Below, in pieces: positions 9,129-15,449 of a stretch of 32,000 bases of DNA. The DNA lies in NCBI GenBank assembly GCA_045534775.1, contig JAZSKI010000024.1, forward strand, positions 17,066-49,065. The letters run 5' to 3'. Origin of the DNA: Clostridia bacterium. Its GTDB lineage: Bacteria > Bacillota > Clostridia > RUG12999. Position 1 is the stretch's first letter. The number at the start of each line of letters is the position of its first letter. Made by a program: the position numbers and the translations under genes. Under the pieces are notes generated by a model that was given only the letters and a program-made list of their open reading frames with translations, was not told where the DNA came from and searched no databases.

Positions 9129-10853
9129 CTATTTTACCATAGCTTCTGTTTCAGCCCTCATCTGTGCAAGTATGCCTTCTGCTTCTTCTATGCTTTTGCC
9201 TTTAGCTCCGAAATAGAATTTTATTTTCGGTTCTGTTCCCGAAGGACGTGCCGCTGACCAGCAGTCGTCTTCCATTTCAAAAAGAAGCACGTTGGATTTA
9301 GGTAAAACTATTTCATAAGTCTTTCCGGTTTGAGTATCGGTTTTCACACCTGATGTATAATCGCTTAAATATTTCACTTTTTTACCTGCCAGTTCCTTAG
9401 GCGGATTCTGGCGGAAATTTGACATTATTTCTTTAATTCTCTCAGCTCCCGCCGCACCTTCAATGGTGATGGACATAAGATTTTCTCTATATGTACCGTA
9501 CTTTTCATACAGCTCACAAAGTCCGTCATAAAGCGACATATTTTTCAGCTTATACCACGCCGCCATCTCGGAAATAAGCATAGAAGCTACCACGCCGTCT
9601 TTATCTCTTGCGTGAGTTCCCACCAGATAGCCGTAGCTTTCCTCAAAGCCCAAAAGGTATGTTTTATAGTTGTTGTTCTGTTCAAAATCCTTGATTTTTT
9701 CGCCGATGAACTTAAAGCCCGTCAGCACGTTCATAACATCAATGCCGTAGCTTTTACAGATAGCATCGGTCATATAGCTTGTTACTATGGTCTTGATTAC
9801 AACGCCGTTTTTAGGAAGCGTTCCGCTCAGCTTTTTACTTGAAAGAATATACTCTGTCAAAAGAGCACCTACCATATTACCCGTAAGGGCAATGTACTCC
9901 CCTTCTTTGTTCCTTACCACAACGCCTATTCTGTCGCAGTCGGGGTCAGTACCTATAATGAAATCCACATCTTCTTTTTTCGCCAGCTCTATGGCAAGGT
10001 CGAAGGCTTCTCTGTTTTCGGGGTTAGGTGATTTAACTGTCGGGAAATCGCCGTCAGGCTGTACCTGCTCATCTACCAGCAATACATTTCTAAAGCCCGA
10101 CATTTCGAGGATTTTCCGAACGGGAATATTTCCGCTGCCGTGAAGAGGTGTATATATCATTTTAAAATCGTTTGCCATAACCTCTACCGCTTCGGGGTTT
10201 ATTCGCTGTGATAATACCTCTCTGAGGTATGAATTATCGAACATCTCACCGAACATCACAATTCTGCCGTCAGCCAGAGCTTCGTCAAAATCGCAGGTCT
10301 TTACATCAGCAAATATATCGGTTCTTTCAATTATTTCGAGTACCTTGTCTGCCGCTTCGGGAGACATCTGACTGCCGTCATCGCCGTATACCTTATAGCC
10401 GTTGTATTCGGGCGGATTGTGGCTGGCTGTTATCATAACACCTGCTGCAGCACCGAAATATCTTACGCCGTAGGACAGCTGAGGCACAGGTCTCAGCCTG
10501 TCGGACAGATAGGCTTTTATATTGTTTGCCGCAAGACAAGCTGCTGTTTCTTTGGCAAATAACTGCGAGTTGTTACGGGAATCATATGATATTACAACGC
10601 CCTTTTCCTTTGCTTCTGCTCCCAGGGATGAAATGAAATCCGCCAGTCCCTGGGTTGCTTTTCTTACGGTATAGCTGTTCATTCTGTTGGTACCTGCCGC
10701 CATTATTCCACGGAGACCTGCCGTACCGAACTCCAGACTTTTATAGAACCTTTCTTTTATTTCTTCTTCATTCTCAGCTATTGCACCAAGCTCCGCCCTT
10801 GTTGCCTCATCTGCCATTTCAATCCATCTTGAATATTCTGCTCTGAAATCCAT
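9129..10853 (-). CDS. pgcA: Phosphoglucomutase / phospho-sugar mutase (alpha-D-phosphohexomutase family)
   Basis: 574 aa. Active-site TASHNPPEYNGYK, metal loop GTDPDCDR, sugar loop GFEESYG. GGAGGAG RBS. Confidence 0.92.
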   Translation of the reverse strand: MDFRAEYSRWIEMADEATRAELGAIAENEEEIKERFYKSLEFGTAGLRGIMAAGTNRMNSYTVRKATQGLADFISSLGAEAKEKGVVISYDSRNNSQLFAKETAACLAANNIKAYLSDRLRPVPQLSYGVRYFGAAAGVMITASHNPPEYNGYKVYGDDGSQMSPEAADKVLEIIERTDIFADVKTCDFDEALADGRIVMFGEMFDNSYLREVLSQRINPEAVEVMANDFKMIYTPLHGSGNIPVRKILEMSGFRNVLLVDEQVQPDGDFPTVKSPNPENREAFDLAIELAKKEDVDFIIGTDPDCDRIGVVVRNKEGEYIALTGNMVGALLTEYILSSKKLSGTLPKNGVVIKTIVTSYMTDAICKSYGIDVMNVLTGFKFIGEKIKDFEQNNNYKTYLLGFEESYGYLVGTHARDKDGVVASMLISEMAAWYKLKNMSLYDGLCELYEKYGTYRENLMSITIEGAAGAERIKEIMSNFRQNPPKELAGKKVKYLSDYTSGVKTDTQTGKTYEIVLPKSNVLLFEMEDDCWSAARPSGTEPKIKFYFGAKGKSIEEAEGILAQMRAETEAMVK

Positions 10854-10924
10854 TTAGTTTCTCCTCCTATTATATAATATAAATATTACTAATTTTATAC
10901 AAAGTTGTGAACAAATATGATATT

Positions 10925-12754
10925 TTATTTATATTTTGCTTTCAAGCGAAGGGTATTATCGAGAATACGTTTTCTGATTCTGATATTTTCGGGTGTTACC
11001 TCCAGAAGCTCGTCCTCGGCTATAAATTCTATAGCCTCTTCAAGGCTCATTCTTTTTGGCGGTATCAGTCTCAAAGCTTCGTCACTTCCCGACGCGCGCG
11101 TATTGGTAAGCTGTTTTTTCTTACAGACATTAACGGCTATATCCTCCTGCTTGGGAGACATACCTATTACCATGCCTTCATATACGGGAACGCCGGCACC
11201 GATAAACAGCGTACCTCTGCCCTGGGCATTATAGAGCCCGTAGGTTATGGATTCCCCGCTTTCAAAGGCTATAAGCGAGCCTGTAAGCCTGCTTGTAATC
11301 TCGCCCTTGAAGGGTCTGTAATCATAGAATACGGAATTTAAAATTCCTTCGCCTCTTGTGTCTGTCAGAAACTCGTTTCTGTAACCCAGCAAGCCTCTTG
11401 TGGGAATAATATATTCTATTCTCATACGGTTGCCCACAGGTGACATCTGCACAAGCTCTGCCTTACGGATACCCATTTTCTCCATTACGCTTCCCACCGC
11501 TTCTTCGGGGACATCTATAAGCAGGCGTTCCATAGGCTCGCATTTTTCGCCGTCTATCTCTTTAAACAGCACCCTCGGCGTGCTGACTGCAAATTCATAG
11601 CCCTCACGTCTCATAGTCTCAATTAAAATCGAAAGGTGCATTTCTCCTCTTCCCGACACCTTGAAGCAATCGGTGGTTTCGCCTTCTTCAACCCTCAGCG
11701 AGACATCCTTAAGAAGCTCTTTGAAAAGTCTGTCGTGGAGCTGTCTTGAGGTTACGAATTTTCCTTCCTTTCCCGCAAAGGGGCTGTCGTTTACCTGGAA
11801 GGTCATCTCAAGAGTCGGTTCGCTGATTTTAACAAAGGGCAGAGCCTCCGGATTTGTAACCGCCGTTACCGTATCGCCGATGGTTATGTTTTCAATACCC
11901 GAGAAGCATACTATATCGCCTACCTTAGCCGTCTCTACAGGCACACGATTCAGCCCGTCTATCTGGAACATCTTTACTATCTTACTGCGGTAAGGCTCTT
12001 TTTCGCCGTGGTAGTTACAAACACTCACTTCCGTATTCTGTTTCATCACACCCCGTTCTATTCTGCCGATGGCAATTCTGCCTACATAATCGTTATAGTC
12101 AATAGAAGATACAAGCACCTGCAAATCACCCGTTTCATCACCCTCGGGTGCAGGTATGTAATCTACTATGGTATCAAAAAGCACCTTCATATCCCCACCG
12201 GGTACTCCGGGGTCTTTGGTGGCAATTCCTGCCCTTGCAGAGCAGTATATAAAAGGAGAATCAAGCTGCTTTTCTGTTGCATCCAGCTCCAGAAGAAGCT
12301 CTAAAACCTCGTCCTCCACCTCACCCAGTCTCGCATCAGGTCTGTCGGTTTTATTTACCACTATGATAATTCTGTGACCCAGCTCCAGGGCTTTTTGAAG
12401 TACAAATCTTGTCTGCGGCATAGGGCCTTCCGCCGCATCTACCACCAGAAGCACGCCGTTTACCATTTTCAGCACACGTTCAACCTCGCCGCCGAAATCG
12501 GCGTGTCCCGGTGTATCTATTATATTTATCTTAACATCCTTATAATGGGCGGCGGTGTTTTTTGCGAGAATGGTAATTCCTCTCTCCCTCTCAAGTGCCC
12601 CGTTATCCATAACTCTGTCCTGTACCACCTGGTTTTCCCTGTAAACTCCACCCTGCTTCAAAAGCTCGTCCACAAGAGTGGTTTTTCCATGGTCAACATG
12701 GGCTATAATTGCAATATTTCTTAAGTCTGTCCTCTTCAAATTCAAAATCTCCAA
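10925..12754 (-). CDS. typA: Translational GTPase TypA/BipA
   Basis: AHVDHGKTT (G1), DTPGHADF (G3), NKTD (G4), and an EF-G-like domain order with a BipA C-terminal domain. The ORF track starts at TTG 12754. TTG 12739 ([12 protein letters not shown]...) has GGAG 9 nt upstream and may be the real start. Confidence 0.95.
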   Translation of the reverse strand: MEILNLKRTDLRNIAIIAHVDHGKTTLVDELLKQGGVYRENQVVQDRVMDNGALERERGITILAKNTAAHYKDVKINIIDTPGHADFGGEVERVLKMVNGVLLVVDAAEGPMPQTRFVLQKALELGHRIIIVVNKTDRPDARLGEVEDEVLELLLELDATEKQLDSPFIYCSARAGIATKDPGVPGGDMKVLFDTIVDYIPAPEGDETGDLQVLVSSIDYNDYVGRIAIGRIERGVMKQNTEVSVCNYHGEKEPYRSKIVKMFQIDGLNRVPVETAKVGDIVCFSGIENITIGDTVTAVTNPEALPFVKISEPTLEMTFQVNDSPFAGKEGKFVTSRQLHDRLFKELLKDVSLRVEEGETTDCFKVSGRGEMHLSILIETMRREGYEFAVSTPRVLFKEIDGEKCEPMERLLIDVPEEAVGSVMEKMGIRKAELVQMSPVGNRMRIEYIIPTRGLLGYRNEFLTDTRGEGILNSVFYDYRPFKGEITSRLTGSLIAFESGESITYGLYNAQGRGTLFIGAGVPVYEGMVIGMSPKQEDIAVNVCKKKQLTNTRASGSDEALRLIPPKRMSLEEAIEFIAEDELLEVTPENIRIRKRILDNTLRLKAKYK

Positions 12755-12813
12755 TCGTTATGATACATTTGTCGGAACGCTTAAAACTGCACATATACAT
12801 ACGTCCCCCTTAT

Positions 12814-12842
12814 ATTATACTACATTCACATCAAATAATCAA
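12814..12842 (-). promoter_or_regulatory. Sigma-A type promoter for typA
   Basis: On the minus strand, TTGATT (12842-12837), a 17-nt spacer, then TATAAT (12819-12814), about 55-70 nt upstream of the typA start. Confidence 0.5.
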
Positions 12843-12873
12843 GTAAATGTCTGATTTTTTTTAATTTATTTTT

Positions 12874-12905
12874 AAAAAAATTCCCCCTTCGGCCGAGAGG
12901 CAAGG
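12874..12905 (-). terminator. Putative intrinsic terminator of the orphan minus-strand transcript
   Basis: GC-rich hairpin CCTT(CG)GCC / GGCAAGG (12886-12905, GAGA/UCUC tetraloop). On the minus strand it is followed by GGGAA and a run of seven U (complement of A7 at 12874-12880). The U-run is offset 5 nt from the stem, so strength is uncertain. Confidence 0.4.
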
Positions 12906-13011
12906 CAAGCATCAAGGTTCTCCAAAATATAGAAATCTTTGATTTCGTTATTTTTTGTAAGGTTCTTATATTTTTACTTCGTAAAATCAATAAGCTTTTC
13001 GCTATTGCTTA

Positions 13012-13130
13012 AAGCTTGATATAATATGAATTCTCGTCACATCAGCGGCATATCAGGTGTACCGGCACATATCGGGTCATTTATGGCATATCGAGAATTC
13101 GTCAGAATTCATATTGACGTTTTCAAGCTT
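13012..13130. repeat. 119-bp imperfect inverted repeat (long hairpin) enclosing three direct GGCA(CA)TATC repeats
   Basis: Left arm AAGCTTGATATAATATGAATTCTCG (13012-13036). Right arm CGAGAATTC-GTCA-GAATTCATATT-GACGTTT-TCAAGCTT (13092-13130). The 8-bp and 10-bp blocks are perfectly complementary. The centre carries GGCATATC (13047-54), GGCACATATC (13064-73) and GGCATATC (13085-92). Confidence 0.75.
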
Positions 13131-13141
13131 CACTTGGAATC

Positions 13142-13170
13142 ATTATATATTGCTTACCCTTATTTGTCAA
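13142..13170 (-). promoter_or_regulatory. Perfect-consensus sigma-A promoter with no annotated gene (orphan; candidate sRNA or distal typA leader)
   Basis: On the minus strand, TTGACA (13170-13165), a 17-nt spacer, then TATAAT (13147-13142). The first downstream CDS on that strand is typA, about 380 nt away, which also has its own promoter. Confidence 0.55.
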
Positions 13171-13235
13171 CACTTTTATATACAATTCATAGCCTTTTTC
13201 GTTAACTTTTTTATTTCACAAAGCAGAAAACATTA

Positions 13236-13264
13236 TTGACATTCAATTTTTACTGTGCTAGAAT
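13236..13264 (+). promoter_or_regulatory. Sigma-A promoter of the aroF leader
   Basis: TTGACA (13236-41), a 17-nt spacer, then TAGAAT (13259-64) with an extended -10 TG (13256-57). It lies about 255 nt upstream of the aroF ATG. Confidence 0.6.
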
Positions 13265-13298
13265 GAAGTCGACAGAAAAATGAAAGGATATGAATACG

Positions 13299-13433
13299 AT
13301 GGCTGCTATGGCAAAATGTTTTTCAAAAGTTAACAGCTTTTATTATTTTCCGAGCTTTTATTATTTTAGAGCTTGGGCTTTTTGTCGTGGAAAAATTCAA
13401 TATGCCGTGAGTAATTCATGTACTGATTTTTAA
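13299..13433 (+). CDS. Putative aromatic-rich leader peptide (44 aa) of a DAHP synthase attenuator
   Basis: Below the 60-aa cutoff of the ORF track; hand translated. The product is MAAMAKCFSKVNSFYYFPSFYYFRAWAFCRGKIQYAVSNSCTDF with stop TAA at 13431-33. Ten of the 15 codons in 13338-13382 are Phe/Tyr/Trp. AAAGGA (13283-88) lies 10 nt upstream. There is also an in-frame ATG at 13290. Confidence 0.45.
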   Translation: MAAMAKCFSKVNSFYYFPSFYYFRAWAFCRGKIQYAVSNSCTDF

Positions 13434-13465
13434 TGTACATTATATTTTAAAAATTGTTTATTTTT

Positions 13466-13496
13466 AAAAGCACTCATGGACGCATGAGTGCTTTTT
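13466..13496 (+). terminator. Intrinsic terminator (attenuator) in the aroF leader
   Basis: Perfect 9-bp stem GCACTCATG (13470-78) / CATGAGTGC (13483-91) with loop GACG. It is preceded by AAAA and followed by TTTTT (13492-96). It ends 9 nt before the aroF AGGAGG RBS (13505-10). Confidence 0.75.
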
Positions 13497-13519
13497 GAGT
13501 TTTCAGGAGGAGATTTGAA

Positions 13520-14536
13520 ATGATTATTATTGTAAAACAAAACGCTACAGACCAGCAGCTGCAGCCCTTATGGGATAAGCTTAACATTCCCGGTATCAGT
13601 ATTCAGGACGTGTCGGGTCATAATACCAGAATTTTTGGTATTGTGGGTGATACCTCCAAAATCGACATCAGCAACATCCAGTCTGAGGAAGCTGTTGAGA
13701 GAATAACGAGAGTTCAGGAGCCTTATAAGAAGGCTAACAGAAAGTTCCATCCCGAGGACAGCATATATAACATTGCCGGAAAGCTGGTTGGCGGGGATAA
13801 GCTTTCCATTATAGCAGGTCCTTGTTCGGTAGAAACAGAGGAGCAGATAATTGAAATCGCAAAGGCTGTAAAAGCGGCAGGTGCTTCCTTCCTTCGCGGA
13901 GGTGCTTTTAAGCCCCGTACATCTCCCTATTCCTTCCAGGGCTTGCATGAAGAGGGGCTTCGTATGCTCGCCGCCGCAAAAGAGGCTACGGGTCTGCCCA
14001 TTGTAACGGAGCTGATGGCGGCTTCTCATATTGACGCTTTTGAAAAATACGGTGTTGACGTTATTCAGATAGGTGCGAGAAACGTACAGAACTTTGAGCT
14101 TTTGAAGGAGTTGGGTCATCTGAATAAGCCTATACTTTTAAAACGCGGTCTTTCCAGCACCCTAGAGGAATTTTTAATGTCCGCCGAATATATTATGGCA
14201 GGCGGTAACGAACGTGTTATCCTCTGTGAACGCGGTATCAGAACATACGAATCCTACACCAGAAACACTCTGGATTTAAGTGCCGTACCCGCTCTGAAGC
14301 GTATGAGTCATTTGCCCGTAATTATCGACCCGTCCCACGCCGCAGGCTTAAGCTGGATGGTTGAACCTCTTGCCAAAGCCGCTGTTGCGGTAGGCGCTGA
14401 CGGTGTTATGGTCGAGGTGCATAATAATCCGCAGAAGGCTCTTTGTGACGGTGCCCAGTCCATCACCCCCGAAGCCTTTGAAACCCTGATAACAAAGCTC
14501 CGTGTAATAGCCGCCATTGAAAACAAAAGCATATAG
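13520..14536 (+). CDS. aroF: 3-deoxy-7-phosphoheptulonate (DAHP) synthase, type I-beta with an N-terminal ACT/ferredoxin-like regulatory domain
   Basis: 338 aa. The KDO8P/DAHP I-beta core has GPCSVE, KPRTSPYSFQG, the GARN..N motif and IIDPSH. About 70 extra N-terminal residues (MIIIVKQNAT...RIFGIVGD...VERITRVQEPYK) resemble the Thermotoga-type regulatory domain. Strong RBS. Confidence 0.93.
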   Translation: MIIIVKQNATDQQLQPLWDKLNIPGISIQDVSGHNTRIFGIVGDTSKIDISNIQSEEAVERITRVQEPYKKANRKFHPEDSIYNIAGKLVGGDKLSIIAGPCSVETEEQIIEIAKAVKAAGASFLRGGAFKPRTSPYSFQGLHEEGLRMLAAAKEATGLPIVTELMAASHIDAFEKYGVDVIQIGARNVQNFELLKELGHLNKPILLKRGLSSTLEEFLMSAEYIMAGGNERVILCERGIRTYESYTRNTLDLSAVPALKRMSHLPVIIDPSHAAGLSWMVEPLAKAAVAVGADGVMVEVHNNPQKALCDGAQSITPEAFETLITKLRVIAAIENKSI

Positions 14537-14751
14537 TCGGGGAACAGCTTTTGTGGTACGCCGAAATTGCAGATGCTACGGTGCATCAGAAATTGCCGCC
14601 CCCTATGCTGTGCAATTTAATCAGCATTTACCCGCGTGGCAGTTATCCGGTAATGTAACTGCACGGTACAGTTAAATCAGGCACCAACGGTATTATTGTT
14701 ATAAATAGTCAGGTGGCTGTTAAAAAAGCCCCGCTAAAGCCCGAGGATGAG

Positions 14752-14804
14752 CCGACCCCCAAAAGTTAGACCAAAAATCTAACGCTTGGGAGGTCGGTTT
14801 TTTT
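14752..14804 (+). terminator. Long-stem intrinsic terminator about 215 nt downstream of aroF
   Basis: CCGACC-CCC-AA..GTTAGA (14752-70) pairs with TCTAAC..TT-GGG-A-GGTCGG (14778-97) and is followed by T7 (14798-14804). Confidence 0.6.
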
Positions 14805-14959
14805 GTAAAAAATTGGCTGAAACCATAGCAAAATCAGCCAATTTGCGGTATAATACAGTTGATGAAAAATATTAATAACTACCGCAATAAACATTATACC
14901 ATATTTTTAAACGGATTAATTTTGCATATCTGAAAACCAGTAGTTTTCCATAAAAACTC

Positions 14960-14990
14960 AAAAAAGGACCTCCTTTTAGAGATCCTTTTT
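14960..14990 (-). terminator. Hairpin with flanking A/T runs (terminator for the convergent minus-strand genes, possibly bidirectional)
   Basis: GGACCTC (14966-72) / GAGATCC (14979-85). The single mismatch becomes a G-U pair on the minus strand. Flanked by A6 (14960-65) and T5 (14986-90). A second hairpin GGGACT/AGTCCC followed by T6 lies at 14999-15024. Confidence 0.45.
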
Positions 14991-15048
14991 CAGTCTTGGG
15001 GACTTTTTAAACAGTCCCTTTTTTAACAGTTTTCTTCAATAAAGGTTA

Positions 15049-15412
15049 TTACGCCACCGGCCCTGCGTGACACAGGCTGTGTCTGAAGCCCGCATAGCAA
15101 TATTTGCCGAAATCTCCGTGAATATCCTTTTCCCCTTCTTCCGGCAGTCGGTCAATTCTGCCACTGCCTTCTATCCAATCCATATTAAAATCTTCCTGAA
15201 AGGTTGTAGCCCCTTTATCCGACATTGCACCGTAATATTCTTTCATTATTCTGATGGCAAGCTCTTTGCCATGGGAGGCTATTGCCGTTAAAATAAAATA
15301 ACTCATAAAGGCAGAAAGTCCTTTTGCTCCGCCTTCTGTGATTGTTTTATACTCCTCATCGGTAAGCTTGCCTATAGCGGCATATTTAAGACCTATGACC
15401 TGTTTTTTCTTT
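15049..15412 (-). pseudogene. C-terminal remnant of a six-hairpin glycosidase (GH78 rhamnosidase-like) gene
   Basis: The open frame runs from a stop at 15413-15 down to 15049, about 121 codons. The only ATG leaves 85 aa (track ORF 15049..15306). The fragment ...GATTFQEDF...FRHSLCHAGPVA recalls the GATT-WE-W ... SLCH-W end of the (alpha/alpha)6 catalytic domains of large (>700 aa) glycosidases. There is no RBS, and it starts 35 nt after the SDR stop. The family call is from memory only. Confidence 0.4.
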
Positions 15413-15449
15413 TAACATATACAGTCCTTGTCACAGAGCATTTATCCTT

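Noticed and set aside
12826-12912. 28-aa basic minus-strand mini-ORF (MLALPLGRRGNFFKNKLKKIRHLLDYLM) with GGAG 7 nt upstream, spanning the putative terminator and the typA -35 box.
   Set aside because: The SD spacing is acceptable, but the peptide is coded mostly by A/T runs and the terminator stem. No homology or conservation can be assessed, so it is more likely accidental. It is worth a look only if ribosome profiling exists.
13055-13067. AGGTGTACCGGCA resembles the T-box core GGGTGGTACCGCG on the plus strand, which could indicate a T-box leader for aroF.
   Set aside because: The UGGN bulge needed to pair with the tRNA NCCA end is absent. No terminator helix or U-run follows it. I could recognise no Stem I or specifier features. 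It also lies upstream of the aroF leader promoter and 450 nt from the gene. At most it is a decayed relic.
12992-13130. Cluster of three GAATTC (EcoRI) and three AAGCTT (HindIII) sites within 140 bp, which could suggest a cloning artefact or synthetic insert.
   Set aside because: The sites are parts of the arms of the natural-looking imperfect inverted repeats. There is no vector-like sequence and no abrupt change in composition.
13057-13239. 60-aa plus-strand ORF (MYRHISGHLWHIENSSEF...) in the typA-aroF gap, considered as a possible type I toxin opposite the orphan promoter.
   Set aside because: It has a GTG start with no RBS. It runs through the inverted repeat and both promoter elements. 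Its hydrophobicity is explained by AT-rich sequence. There is no supporting signal.
13280-13333. Alternative 17-aa leader frame MKGYEYDGCYGKMFFKS, also aromatic-rich.
   Set aside because: Its ATG is about 9 nt from the predicted transcription start and has no SD, and it ends before the FYYF repeats. I kept it as a caveat to the attenuator finding rather than as a feature.
14573-14620. Cys-rich 15-aa mini-ORF MLRCIRNCRPLCCAI downstream of aroF, considered as a possible RiPP-like peptide.
   Set aside because: There is no RBS, no adjacent maturation or export genes, and it overlaps hairpin arms that explain the sequence better.
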